This document shows positions 10,587 to 20,643 of a stretch of 64,000 nt of DNA, piece after piece. The notes below the pieces were generated by a model. That model was given only the letters and a program-made list of their open reading frames with translations, had not been told where the DNA came from and did no database searches. This stretch comes from Bacillota bacterium (lineage in GTDB: Bacteria; Bacteroidota; Bacteroidia; Bacteroidales; Bacteroidaceae): contig JAMPFD010000003.1 of NCBI GenBank assembly GCA_023664625.1, positions 106,384 to 170,383 of the forward strand. The letters run 5' to 3'. Position numbers and translations under genes: made by a program. Each line of letters starts with the position of its first letter. Within the stretch, counting starts at the first letter, position 1.

Positions 10587-11915
10587 TTACTTGCAGAGCT
10601 TGCAGCCCTCACACTTCGACAGCTCGCCGCGGAAGCGCTTGTCAATGAGATAGTGCAGGCGGTCGCGCAGAGGCTCCAGTGGAATATTGTCGATTACCTC
10701 ATATACAAACGCCGTCTGCAGCAGCAGGCGTGCCTCTTCGAGGGAGATGCCGCGCTGGCGCATATAGAACAGGGCACTTTCGCTGAGCTGTCCCACGGTG
10801 GAGCCGTGGGAGCACTTCACGTCATCGGCATATATTTCGAGCATCGGCTGTGTATACATGCGGGCCGTCTTTGTGGCAAGGAGGTTCTGGTTGGTCTCCT
10901 CCGAAGTCGTCTTCTGCGCATCCTTACGCACGAGGATGCGTCCTGCGAAAGCCCCTGTGGCACTGCCGTCGAGGACATATTTATAGAGCTCATGGCTGTC
11001 ACAGTGAGGCACGGCATGGTCGATGAGCGTATTATTGTCAACGTGCTGTTCCTTATCAGCCACCACAGCACCGTTAAGCCAGCATTCCGCCCCCTCGCCG
11101 GCAAGCGTGAGGCGTGTCATCTGGCGCGTATTTCCGTTATGAAGCGTGACAAGAGTGTGATGGACACGCGAGCCGCGCTCCTGTCTTATATACGTGTTTG
11201 AGACGAGAGTGTTGCGCTGGTGTGTCTCCTCCAGTCCGTAAATCTCTATGCTTGCATTCTCTCCGGCAAGGACCTCCGTCACCTGAGTGGTAAGGAACCG
11301 GCGGTCGTCAGCCGTATGGTCGCAGAAGAGAACCTTCACGCTTGCACCCGCACCGGCGACGATAAGGACGCGGCGGTTAACCATCATGCCGACATCCGAG
11401 CGTAGAATATTCACAACCTGTATGGTCTTGTCCACACAGACTCCCTCCGGGACGTAGACGAGAAGCCCGTCCTCGGCAAGCATGGTGTTGAGCGATGTCA
11501 CGGCATCCTTGTCGGCCAGCGTATTGTAGTACTTCGCCACGATGTCCGGCCTGTGGCAGAAAGAGTCCACAACGACACCTTCAGGAAGCTCCCTCTTCGG
11601 AAGAGCCTTGTCAAAGAGTGTGTCATTGACCACGAAATAAAGCTGCGTGGAGAGGTTCGGCACGTCACACCGGAACACTTTGTACGGGTCTGCCGGAATC
11701 TCGAGACGGTTTATGTTCAGTCCGAGGTCAGGAGCCATCAGCTCACGGATGTCCGTATATTTGTACTCCTCCGCCTTCCTGCCTGGAAAGCCTGTGCCCC
11801 GGAAAGCCTCGTAAGCCTCCTCGCGCACGGCATTCATAGGCTCACAGCTGTGGGACATTACCGCCTCACGGCACTGCTCATAAAGTTCAACATACTGTCT
11901 TGCACTATTCTCCAT
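10587..11915 (-). CDS. sufD: Fe-S cluster assembly protein SufD
   Basis: 442 aa directly downstream of sufC with an 11-nt overlap, and a C-terminal SufB/SufD signature (ADDVKCSHGSTVGQL). Confidence 0.85.
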   Translation of the reverse strand: MENSARQYVELYEQCREAVMSHSCEPMNAVREEAYEAFRGTGFPGRKAEEYKYTDIRELMAPDLGLNINRLEIPADPYKVFRCDVPNLSTQLYFVVNDTLFDKALPKRELPEGVVVDSFCHRPDIVAKYYNTLADKDAVTSLNTMLAEDGLLVYVPEGVCVDKTIQVVNILRSDVGMMVNRRVLIVAGAGASVKVLFCDHTADDRRFLTTQVTEVLAGENASIEIYGLEETHQRNTLVSNTYIRQERGSRVHHTLVTLHNGNTRQMTRLTLAGEGAECWLNGAVVADKEQHVDNNTLIDHAVPHCDSHELYKYVLDGSATGAFAGRILVRKDAQKTTSEETNQNLLATKTARMYTQPMLEIYADDVKCSHGSTVGQLSESALFYMRQRGISLEEARLLLQTAFVYEVIDNIPLEPLRDRLHYLIDKRFRGELSKCEGCKLCK

Positions 11916-12660
11916 CAGCTTCCTGCTTTATCCAGTCGAAACCACGTTGCTGTATCTCATGCGCCAGTTCGGGACCGGCGGTCTTGACAATCCTGCCTTT
12001 GTAAAGCACATGTACGAACTGAGGGCGTATCATGTCAAGGAGACGGTCATAATGTGTAATGACTATCGTAGAAGTCTTCTCACTGCTGAGCTTGTTGACG
12101 CCATCGGCAACGATGCGCATGGCATCGACGTCCAGCCCCGAGTCTGTCTCGTCGAGAATGGCGAGTGTCGGTTCGAGCATCGCCATCTGGAAAATCTCAT
12201 TGCGTTTCTTCTCTCCTCCCGAGAAACCCTCGTTCACAGAGCGGTGGGCAAGCTTGCTGTCAAGTTCAACGACCTTACGCTTCTCACGCATAAGCTTCAT
12301 GAACTCGGAAGCGTTGAGCGGCTCCAAGCCCCCGTACTTGCGCTTCTCGTTGATGGCCGTGCGCATGAAATTGGTCATGGAGACTCCCGGTATCTCCACC
12401 GGATACTGGAAAGAGAGGAACAGTCCCTCATGGGCACGGTCCTCAGGCTTCATCTCCAGAAGGTTCTTGCCGTTATACCATGCCTCTCCCTCAGTGACCT
12501 CATAGGCGGGATTGCCCACGAGCACGGCGGAGAGAGTGGACTTTCCTGAGCCGTTAGGCCCCATTATGGCATGCACCTCACCGTCGTTGACTGTGAGATT
12601 GATGCCCTTTAGTATTTCCTTATCGCCTATCCTGGCGTGCAGATTCTTTACCTCTAACAT
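11905..12660 (-). CDS. sufC: Fe-S cluster assembly ATPase SufC
   Basis: 251 aa. Walker A GPNGSGKST, ABC signature FSGGEKKRNEI, Walker B LAILDETDSGLD. Confidence 0.93.
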   Translation of the reverse strand: MLEVKNLHARIGDKEILKGINLTVNDGEVHAIMGPNGSGKSTLSAVLVGNPAYEVTEGEAWYNGKNLLEMKPEDRAHEGLFLSFQYPVEIPGVSMTNFMRTAINEKRKYGGLEPLNASEFMKLMREKRKVVELDSKLAHRSVNEGFSGGEKKRNEIFQMAMLEPTLAILDETDSGLDVDAMRIVADGVNKLSSEKTSTIVITHYDRLLDMIRPQFVHVLYKGRIVKTAGPELAHEIQQRGFDWIKQEADGE

Positions 12661-12935
12661 ACTGTTTTACTGATTTTATGTTGCAAAATTAATAATATTT
12701 TTTCAATTACGATGCTTTTTCCTGCTGTTTTTTGACTGCCGCAACATGACAGTTTCCATAAACACCGTCTCCCTGTCATCCTGTTCCACGGAACGAAGTG
12801 CATACGGCCGGTATGCTTGCCGTCACCCTCAATCCCATTGACATATTTCTATAAATATAAAGAAAAAGGGCCTTTAACTTACAAAATGTAGCCTATATTC
12901 TTATTTTTTCGTTCATTTTGTTGTATAATTCAAAC

Positions 12936-12943
12936 TTTCTTTG
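12936..12943 (+). promoter_or_regulatory. Candidate Bacteroidetes -7 promoter box (TAATTTTG) for gdhA
   Basis: Matches the TAnnTTTG consensus about 95 nt upstream of the gdhA ATG. Confidence 0.3.
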
Positions 12944-13038
12944 TAATTTTGCAACCGCAAACCAAGAAGGTTTGTTTTTATGAACAGGGAACAAGGTAAA
13001 AGGATAAAATAACTCAACAAATAAAAACAGCAAAGATT

Positions 13039-14379
13039 ATGAACGCAGCACAAGTTGTCGAAACTCTCAAGCAGAGATTTCCAAATGAGCCGGAGTACAT
13101 CCAGGCCGTAAGTCAGGTTCTTCCTACTATTGAGGAAGAGTACAACAAGCATCCGGAGTTCGAGGCGGCAAACCTCATAGAGCGTCTCTGCATACCGGAC
13201 CGTATCATACAGTTCCGTGTATCCTGGGTTGACGACAAGGGCAAGGTTCAGACAAATATGGGTTACCGCGTGCAGCACAACAATGTCATAGGCCCTTACA
13301 AAGGCGGCATCCGTTTCCATGCATCCGTAAACCTCGGCATCCTCAAGTTCCTCGCTTTCGAGCAGACATTCAAGAACTCTCTGACCACTCTCCCCATGGG
13401 CGGCGCGAAAGGCGGTTCCGATTTCTCCCCGCGCGGAAAGTCAAACAACGAAGTAATGCGCTTCTGCCAGGCTTTCATGACAGAGCTTTACCGTCACGTA
13501 GGTGCTGACGAGGACGTTCCGGCAGGCGACATCGGCGTCGGCGGCCGTGAGGTGGGCTACATGTTCGGCATGTACAAGAAGCTCACACATCAGTTCACCG
13601 GCATGCTTACCGGCAAGGGCCGCGAGTTCGGCGGCTCCCTCATCCGTCCTGAGGCAACGGGCTACGGCAACGTATATTTCCTCTGCGAGATGCTCAAGAC
13701 AAGAGGCATTGAGCTGAAGGGCAAGAAGGTCATCATCTCCGGTGCCGGCAATGTGGCGCAGTATACGGCAGAGAAAGTTCTCCAGCTCGGCGGCATCCCT
13801 ATGACAATGTCCGACTCCAACGGCTACATCTATGACCCGGACGGCATCGACCGTGAGAAGCTCGACTTCATCATGGACCTCAAGAACGTCCAGCGCGGCC
13901 GCATAAAGGAGTATGTGGACGAATATCCTACGGCACAGTATGTCGAGGGCAAGAAGCCTTGGTTTGTCGAAGGCTGCGAGATAGCCCTCCCTTCCGCAAC
14001 ACAGAACGAGATAAACGAGGAGGCGGCAAAGGCTCTCGTGGCAAACGGCGTGATAGCCGTTTCCGAGGGTGCGAACATGCCTTGTACTCCTGAGGCCATC
14101 AAAGTGTTCCAGGATGCCAAGCTTCTCTACGCTCCGGGCAAGGCAGCCAATGCCGGCGGCGTGTCAGTGTCAGGTCTCGAGATGTCACAGAACTCTGAGC
14201 GTCTCTCATGGTCTGCCGAGGAGGTTGACAACAAGCTCCACTGGATTATGGAGAACATTCACGAGAACTGCGTGAAGTACGGCACCGAGGAGAACGGGTA
14301 CATCAACTACGTGAAGGGCGCAAACGTTGCCGGCTTCATGAAGGTTGCAAAGGCAATGATGGCTCAGGGCATCGTATAA
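13039..14379 (+). CDS. gdhA: NAD(P)-specific glutamate dehydrogenase
   Basis: 446 aa with GGAKGGSDFSP (the catalytic Lys region) and a GAGNVAQY Rossmann motif. Full-length hexameric GDH family. Confidence 0.95.
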   Translation: MNAAQVVETLKQRFPNEPEYIQAVSQVLPTIEEEYNKHPEFEAANLIERLCIPDRIIQFRVSWVDDKGKVQTNMGYRVQHNNVIGPYKGGIRFHASVNLGILKFLAFEQTFKNSLTTLPMGGAKGGSDFSPRGKSNNEVMRFCQAFMTELYRHVGADEDVPAGDIGVGGREVGYMFGMYKKLTHQFTGMLTGKGREFGGSLIRPEATGYGNVYFLCEMLKTRGIELKGKKVIISGAGNVAQYTAEKVLQLGGIPMTMSDSNGYIYDPDGIDREKLDFIMDLKNVQRGRIKEYVDEYPTAQYVEGKKPWFVEGCEIALPSATQNEINEEAAKALVANGVIAVSEGANMPCTPEAIKVFQDAKLLYAPGKAANAGGVSVSGLEMSQNSERLSWSAEEVDNKLHWIMENIHENCVKYGTEENGYINYVKGANVAGFMKVAKAMMAQGIV

Positions 14380-14411
14380 CGGTAACGAGAACCACAGACT
14401 TATATAAGACC

Positions 14412-14446
14412 GACGGCTCGTCTGCACAGAAAGCAGGCGGGCCGTC
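14412..14446 (+). terminator. Hairpin terminator of gdhA
   Basis: gacggctcg...cgggccgtc stem followed by tttgcatttt. Confidence 0.5.
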
Positions 14447-14524
14447 TTTGCATTTTCCGACAAGGAAAAGCGGAACCCGGGAAAGCTGCTGCAGACTTCC
14501 CTAAAGCAGGAGAACCACGGACGG

Positions 14525-14611
14525 CAAAAGGACAGGTAACGCTTCACATGGCAAAAGGTAACGGTTGACAATGCAAAAGGTAACCTTTCAAATTCTGAAA
14601 GGTTACCTTTT
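14525..14611. repeat. REP-like array B: four units of about 22 bp with the core AAAGGTAACC(N)TTT
   Basis: gcaaaaggacaggtaacgc..., gcaaaaggtaacggttgacaat, gcaaaaggtaacctttcaaattc and tgaaaggttaccttttatcacg, lying between the convergent 3' ends of gdhA and the 14727..17852 gene. Confidence 0.8.
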
Positions 14612-14726
14612 ATCACGTCTACGATATTTTAACGTCCGTCCATCTTTTCGGGTTGTCAAGATTGTTTGTATTCCGTCATTACTGCAGGCAAATACGACTT
14701 CATGCTTACATAAAGACACATTGCCA

Positions 14727-17700
14727 TCATTCAGCTATCGTCGCAGCCATCAGGCCTATAACAACATCGTTGGCAGTTGTCTTCAGCTTCAGCCCCTTTA
14801 GCGGCTTACCCTTTTGGAGAGGAACATAAAGCACTGTTGCCGCACCGCCGGGAATAGTGCGCGAGGAGAGACCTTTCAGTCCGAGAGCCTTATCCATATC
14901 ATTGCTTACGATGCCTGATGCAAGGGCAACGCGATAAGGGCGCGGAGTCTCTATGCTGAATGCCTTGCCGTCAATGTAGAAGTCCTGCTCTATCGGAGCC
15001 CAGTTGTCCGGATTGCGAAGCTCAAGCCTGCGGGTTGTACCGTCTGCATATTCAATTGTGACAAGTCCGTTCCGGTGGCGGCTCTGCATGTGGTTGGTGC
15101 TGCCGGCAAGAAGCAGGTAGATTCCTTTGCCACAGCCTTCAAGGGCAACGCTCACCGAATCAGGATAGTTGTCCCATAACGATGTGAAGACGATGTTCCT
15201 CCCCTCCTTGTACGAACGGAACGGCACACCTTGCGGCATGCTGAACACACCATCAGTGATTTCCCTGCGGAAGCCGCTGTCGTCTATGTATGCCGTATCT
15301 CTCGGATGGCACCATTCGCCGATGCCCTGCAACGGTATCTGCAACGTTGTGTAAGGAGAGCGTGGCGAGGCATACGTGTTCCTGAAGATGTCCGTCACGC
15401 TTGCATTGACCAGACTGTCAAGGCTTACCATGCGGAAAGAATCGGCAGCATCCGGCTCCGGCAACACTGTCCCATAATCTTTTTCGCCGTCTCCCACGTA
15501 AGGAGACGGTTCCACAAGCGACCACCACTCCACTTTCCCCTGCCTCATGCGGGCAAAGGAGCCCTTTGTCTCTGACGGCCGGCAATGCTCATAGTCAACC
15601 GGAGAGCCGCTCCATTTCACAACCACCTTTATCTCCTTGGCGTACCGGCATTCCACGACGATGCGGGCACGCCCCACACTCACGTCATTCACCGGCGTGA
15701 CCGGCCGGCCGTTTACCTGTACGGCACCGTAGCTGTCAAGCAAAGCGGGGATTGTCAGCACCACGTCGGCAGGCTTCATGAAGCGCGGCCTGATAATGTA
15801 AGTGTCGGCAGTACCCTTACGCTTGAATTCGATGTCTATGTCAGGAGAGTGCAGCGAAGCATGATTCCAGGCGGCGGGGAAGCCAGGAGTGATGCTCACC
15901 TTATTGTCCAGCAAGTCCGGAGCGACACCGAAGAGCCCCTGCACCAGTGCCCTTGCCGCCACGCCTATCGGGTCGCCGAAGTCACGGTAGCACTCGCCGC
16001 GTGCACGGTCGTAATGGCTTATCTGTCCGAAATTTCCCGGGCAGCGTCCGAGATACATGCCGTCAATCACCGAACTCTTGAACAGCCGGAAGGCTTCCTC
16101 ATTCCGTCCCGCCTGCCAGAAAGCCAGAGCAGTATGCCACACCTCGGCGAAAGCCACATTATTTATGCTCCATGCGTAAGGCATCCAGTTGGTCGTGCTG
16201 ACGGTATGGCAGCTGCCCTCAATTCCCTTTCCCGTCACAGGGATATGCGGAATCTCACGGTCAACGTATTTTGTGGCACGGTAATATTGGAACATGTCTC
16301 CCACATCCGAGTCTATGGCGTGGTATATTGTCCATAATGCAGGCGAGGCATGCAGGCTGCGGCTACCCATATAGTCCTCATATTCAGCCCAGCAGCCTTT
16401 ATCCTCCATCCACAGGCGCGAGTCAAGGGCTTCCTTTATGCGCTCCGCCTCACGGGCATAGCGGCTGCCGTCCTCGCCGATGAGCGCGGCAATCCTTGCC
16501 GCCATCCTGTTCGCACGGTAGTTGTAAGCCGAGGAGTGGGTCACCGCCCCGCTGTTGTAGTAAAGGGCATCGCTTGCCCAGATGCAGCAGTACGCATCGT
16601 AGAGACCGTCGCCGTCAGGGTCGAAATTACGTTTTTCCCACTCCAGATGGCAGGTCAGGACATTCCACATCTTCCTTGCATAGGCGGTGTCGCCCGTCCA
16701 GCAGAGGTGCCACAGCAGTTCATTGATGTAGCAGAGGTTCATGTCATAATGGTGCATCTGGTCGTTACGGTTCGGGTTACGGCAGATATATCCGTTGCTG
16801 TACATCGGCGTCCCCCATTTCTTTTCGGCACGCGCATTGTTCATCTTCGCGTCCTGTGCAGGATGCGGGTATACAGGCTCACAGCCGGTGACCTGCGAGT
16901 TTGCGTAATTGTCGAAATGCCTCCGTGCACGGTCATGCCATCCCAGGAAGTCGCCGGCATAAGCCGCACGCCATCCGCTGAGCGGCATGCGCCAGGCATT
17001 GGCCCCATGGAGCCACACCTCGCCGTCCCAGATGCCGTCGGCAGCAGCCATGAGTGCTCCGCCGAGCGTGTTGATGTAAGGGTCTGGAGTGACAATCTCC
17101 AGCCGTGAGACAAGAGCCTTGCGCGCCTGTTCCGCCTCAGCAAAGAGTTCCCTTCCCTCAGCAACGGACACTTGACGGAGAGCGTTATCCTCATAAACTA
17201 TATACAGTTCTTTCCCCAAGAGTCCGTACTCCGCACACTCCGGCACGGCAGTCAGCGAGGGCTCGAAGCTGTCTGCCCTGTCCACACCAAGGTCGCCGCT
17301 GCGCTGAAGCTTCACAGCCCGTATGGGACATGTCTTTGAACGCAGGCGCATCTTCACCTTATCCGTGCGGAACATCCATACCGCTCCTTCCTTGTCGGCC
17401 AAAGGAATGGCTGTCACCGAGAGAGTCCCGCCTCCCCACCGCCTGTCCTTCAGCGTATAGTCCCTGCGCCCCGGAGCATAGCGTGACTTACAGTAGGCGG
17501 TGGAGTCAAGAGCTATGGTTTTGCCGCCTGCCACAACGCTGAACGCCACATGCCGGCTTTTCGGCTTGTTGTAGACGGCAAAGACGGGACGGTCGCTCGT
17601 CTCCAGCCGCCATGCGGTATGGGTGCCGTAGAGCGGGCGTGTGAAACGGTTCTTTCCGTTCACACAGACAAAGTCCTTGCCCTCAGGATAATACTGCATG

Positions 17701-17852
17701 GAACGTTCTGCCGTCGCGCCGCTGATGTCATCGGCAGTGAACCGCTGCCGGGCAGAAATGGGAAGAGAAAGTAAGAGAAAAAGCCCAAGAGCAAGAGCCT
17801 TGAAGACTCGGAATGTATGGGTCGCGGACATGGAATCGTTGTCAGGAATCAT
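14727..17852 (-). CDS. Large secreted glycoside-hydrolase-like protein (six-hairpin glycosidase / DUF4450-like)
   Basis: 1041 aa with an N-terminal signal peptide (MSATHTFRVFKALALGLFLLLSLPISA) and strong coding composition. The (alpha/alpha)6-barrel GH assignment is from memory only. The true start may be the internal Met at 17831. Confidence 0.55.
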   Translation of the reverse strand: MIPDNDSMSATHTFRVFKALALGLFLLLSLPISARQRFTADDISGATAERSMQYYPEGKDFVCVNGKNRFTRPLYGTHTAWRLETSDRPVFAVYNKPKSRHVAFSVVAGGKTIALDSTAYCKSRYAPGRRDYTLKDRRWGGGTLSVTAIPLADKEGAVWMFRTDKVKMRLRSKTCPIRAVKLQRSGDLGVDRADSFEPSLTAVPECAEYGLLGKELYIVYEDNALRQVSVAEGRELFAEAEQARKALVSRLEIVTPDPYINTLGGALMAAADGIWDGEVWLHGANAWRMPLSGWRAAYAGDFLGWHDRARRHFDNYANSQVTGCEPVYPHPAQDAKMNNARAEKKWGTPMYSNGYICRNPNRNDQMHHYDMNLCYINELLWHLCWTGDTAYARKMWNVLTCHLEWEKRNFDPDGDGLYDAYCCIWASDALYYNSGAVTHSSAYNYRANRMAARIAALIGEDGSRYAREAERIKEALDSRLWMEDKGCWAEYEDYMGSRSLHASPALWTIYHAIDSDVGDMFQYYRATKYVDREIPHIPVTGKGIEGSCHTVSTTNWMPYAWSINNVAFAEVWHTALAFWQAGRNEEAFRLFKSSVIDGMYLGRCPGNFGQISHYDRARGECYRDFGDPIGVAARALVQGLFGVAPDLLDNKVSITPGFPAAWNHASLHSPDIDIEFKRKGTADTYIIRPRFMKPADVVLTIPALLDSYGAVQVNGRPVTPVNDVSVGRARIVVECRYAKEIKVVVKWSGSPVDYEHCRPSETKGSFARMRQGKVEWWSLVEPSPYVGDGEKDYGTVLPEPDAADSFRMVSLDSLVNASVTDIFRNTYASPRSPYTTLQIPLQGIGEWCHPRDTAYIDDSGFRREITDGVFSMPQGVPFRSYKEGRNIVFTSLWDNYPDSVSVALEGCGKGIYLLLAGSTNHMQSRHRNGLVTIEYADGTTRRLELRNPDNWAPIEQDFYIDGKAFSIETPRPYRVALASGIVSNDMDKALGLKGLSSRTIPGGAATVLYVPLQKGKPLKGLKLKTTANDVVIGLMAATIAE

Positions 17853-18169
17853 GGTTTCAACTGTTTAGGCATGGACGTATGAAAGCATTCTCGGTTGCTG
17901 AGGTACAGCTTATCTTATGCAAAGAAACGGGTAAGCGAGAGAAGAACAAGCTCGTTTGAGTTCTTCCGAGCAGGAGTTTCTTATGCAAAGATAATGATTT
18001 TCCTCCATATACCACTGGTTTTCTCCGATTTTCCCCATATATGCGACTGCAAAAAACAGTATTTTTACCGTCACGAGAAACAGATTTTTAAAAACATAAA
18101 GTTTTTTTCTATGCCAAGCATTTGCATATATCAATAATTTTACTGAACTTTGCAGGAAAATGTAATACT

Positions 18170-18865
18170 ATGCTTTTCTTCAAATCCACGATACGAATTT
18201 CGGACACATCCATCCTCAACGGGTTCACCGACTGTCACTGCCACCTGCTCCCCGGTGTGGACGACGGAGTGAAGAGAATGGAGGACACACTGAAACTCCT
18301 TGACATGATGCAGCGCAGGGGTGTCAGGGAGGTGTGGCTTACGCCGCATATCATGGAGGAATACCCGAACAATCCAGAGGATTTACGCCGGCATTTCGGG
18401 AGCATTCCCTACGACGGACCGATGAAACTATGTCTCGCGGCAGAGCACATGCTTGACAGCGAGTTCAGTATCGGCCGCTCCTCCATGCTTACACTTCCGG
18501 ACAACCAGCTTCTCGTGGAGACGAGCTATTTCACTCCCCCGCTGAATCTGAAAGACACTTTCAGTGACATCAAGGCGGCGGGGCTCAACCCTGTCCTCGC
18601 CCATCCATGCAGATACCAGTACATGGAATACGAGAACTACGAGGAACTGCACTCGCTCGGCATCCGCTTCCAGCTCAATGTCCCTGCCCTTGCAGGACTC
18701 TACGGCCCCGCGGCAAAGAATAATGCGGAATGGATTCTTGACCACGGGTACTACAGTCTCGCAGGCTCTGACATCCACAGCATAACCCATTTCAGGCATT
18801 TCCTTGACAGCAAGATTTCCAGGAAGGTGCTGAAAAAGGTACGTGTACTCATCGGAAACGAGTGA
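18170..18865 (+). CDS. CpsB/YwqE-type PHP-domain protein-tyrosine phosphatase
   Basis: The DCHCHLLPGVDDG motif at the N-terminus is diagnostic for this family. The start is moved to the ATG at 18170, because the track ORF begins at a TTG. Confidence 0.8.
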   Translation: MLFFKSTIRISDTSILNGFTDCHCHLLPGVDDGVKRMEDTLKLLDMMQRRGVREVWLTPHIMEEYPNNPEDLRRHFGSIPYDGPMKLCLAAEHMLDSEFSIGRSSMLTLPDNQLLVETSYFTPPLNLKDTFSDIKAAGLNPVLAHPCRYQYMEYENYEELHSLGIRFQLNVPALAGLYGPAAKNNAEWILDHGYYSLAGSDIHSITHFRHFLDSKISRKVLKKVRVLIGNE

Positions 18866-18970
18866 GACTGTTGCCAAACAATAGCAATCCACAGCCTGAT
18901 AAACAGGCAAAATACCGTTTTTCCAACGGGCATCACCGGCAGGAAATTGCCTTGAAGGTCAAGAATAACA

Positions 18971-19007
18971 TAAGAGCGGGTACCCTGATTCAGGATACCC
19001 GCTCTTA
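18971..19007. terminator. Bidirectional hairpin terminator between convergent genes
   Basis: taagagcgggtaccctg-attc-aggatacccgctctta, a 15-bp stem with one mismatch. Confidence 0.55.
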
Positions 19008-19103
19008 TGTTGCCACAATCTCTGCACAACAAGGCTCACAGAATGCCTGGACAATTGCCGTGCCATGCTCACAAGTCCAAACGGTCCGGCAAAGGGGCAA
19101 GCA

Positions 19104-19865
19104 TCATTCCTTGCCCAAACTCCTGTGGAGTTGCAGGAAGGCGGCAAGGAAAAGTAAAAGGGAGAGCAATGCCGCCATACCGAGACGGAGATATGAGCCG
19201 CCGAAGAACTCGATGACCTGCATGTCGTATGACTGCGGATATACGGACTGAAGGGCGAATGCTATGCTGTTGTTGACCCAATGGACTATTATTCCGGGCA
19301 CTATGCTTCCCGAGCGGCGGCACAGCCATCCCATCAGAATTCCTACGAGGAAGGCGTGGGGCATCTGCGCCGGATTACCGTGAACGGCGGCGAAAAGCAT
19401 TGCCGTAAACACTATTCCGGCCCATGCCGGCATGCCGTTGGAGCGGAAGAAGGCGACGGCCTGGCGCTGTATGGCACCGCGGAAGACCACCTCCTCCCCT
19501 ATCGGTGCAAAGATTCCGATGATGACATATCCCCATCCGTTCCCCATGATGGACTTGAAAAGATCGGCGGCAATGTCGGTGCGCCATGCCGCAGGTATCA
19601 GCTCCTCAAGGCTCTGCAAGGGGATAAGCATACCGAGGGCAAGCATCACGCACCAGTATGCTGCCGTCCACGGCCTGTGACGCAGGAACACCGGGCTGAG
19701 AGGGCACCACCCGGCAAGACAGAAGAGGGCGATGGCAACGGCGTTGCTGACTGTCCCGGAGACAATCAGCTGTATGTCCGTAGCCTCTATGAAGTACATC
19801 GTCAAGGTGCCGGCAAGCAGTTGTATGACTATGTAGACAAGAAAATATACAAGTATCCTTTTCAT
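19104..19865 (-). CDS. CPBP family intramembrane metalloprotease (CAAX protease / Abi family)
   Basis: 253 aa, polytopic, with EEVVFRG (motif 1), FxxxH and HWVNN motifs. Confidence 0.8.
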   Translation of the reverse strand: MKRILVYFLVYIVIQLLAGTLTMYFIEATDIQLIVSGTVSNAVAIALFCLAGWCPLSPVFLRHRPWTAAYWCVMLALGMLIPLQSLEELIPAAWRTDIAADLFKSIMGNGWGYVIIGIFAPIGEEVVFRGAIQRQAVAFFRSNGMPAWAGIVFTAMLFAAVHGNPAQMPHAFLVGILMGWLCRRSGSIVPGIIVHWVNNSIAFALQSVYPQSYDMQVIEFFGGSYLRLGMAALLSLLLFLAAFLQLHRSLGKE

Positions 19866-20054
19866 TGGATTATAAGGTTTTACGGTTATAAGGCTATAGG
19901 TGTGTGTGGTGGTATTGTCATCGGGCTTGGTTTTGGGGTTTCAGGGCGCAGGTTACAGGAGTTTTGGGGTTGGCGGTTATGCAACAGTTCCGGAGATGTC
20001 TCCGTACAAACATAAGACCATACATCCTTACGGCCCAGCCATCATCCCCGAGGA

Positions 20055-20588
20055 CTACAGCCCCATCAGCTCCCTTGCGGCATCCTCCCTGCCCGTCCTT
20101 ATCAGTTCCCGGAGGAGCGACGAAGAGACCGGACGGCCCTCAAAGAGACCGCTTGCCTCCGGACGCGGACCTTCCACGACCTCGATACCTAACTCACGGC
20201 CGTAACGTACATAAGTCCCGAATGTCTCCGAAGCGTCACGGCGGCCGAAGCGGTTGTCATAGCCAATCATGAGGAGGCGCACGTCAAGCTCGTCACGGAG
20301 CAGATGTTCCATGAATTCACGTGCCGGACGGCTCATCATTGTCCTGTCGAAGGGATATGCCACCACCTTGTCCACACCCGTTGCACGGAGACTTTCCATC
20401 TTCTCCTCAAAAGGAAGAAGCAGTTCCGGGGCACTGCCCGGACGCACGACCTCCATCGGATGGTTACTGAAAGTGATGACCATGGACTGCAGTCCCCTGC
20501 TCCGGGCGAGAGCCTGCAGACGGGAGATGACATGGCGATGGCCACGGTGTACTCCGTCAAAAAAACCTATTGTCGCAGCGTATGCCAT
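20055..20588 (-). CDS. ribF: FAD synthetase (FMN adenylyltransferase) domain protein; RibF N-terminal domain only, possibly truncated
   Basis: 177 aa with GFFDGVHRGHRHV (a nucleotidyltransferase HxGH motif). There is no riboflavin kinase domain: translation stops at 20055 and the 190 bp downstream is noncoding A/C-rich leader. Confidence 0.7.
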   Translation of the reverse strand: MAYAATIGFFDGVHRGHRHVISRLQALARSRGLQSMVITFSNHPMEVVRPGSAPELLLPFEEKMESLRATGVDKVVAYPFDRTMMSRPAREFMEHLLRDELDVRLLMIGYDNRFGRRDASETFGTYVRYGRELGIEVVEGPRPEASGLFEGRPVSSSLLRELIRTGREDAARELMGL

Positions 20589-20643
20589 TTCTTTTGCTGT
20601 TATAAGTAACTATTGAAAATCAGGCTCCATGCAAATACCGGGA

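Noticed and set aside
10515-11201. 228-aa plus-strand ORF
   Set aside because: Antisense to sufD, which has a conserved C-terminal SufB/D signature. No motifs.
15585-17108. Several 250-aa plus-strand ORFs (15585..16337, 16350..17108)
   Set aside because: Antisense to the 1041-aa secreted GH-like gene. Arg/His/Pro-rich, typical of antisense GC-rich frames.
19281-20015. 244-aa plus-strand ORF
   Set aside because: Antisense to the CPBP protease gene, and it extends into the A/C-rich leader.
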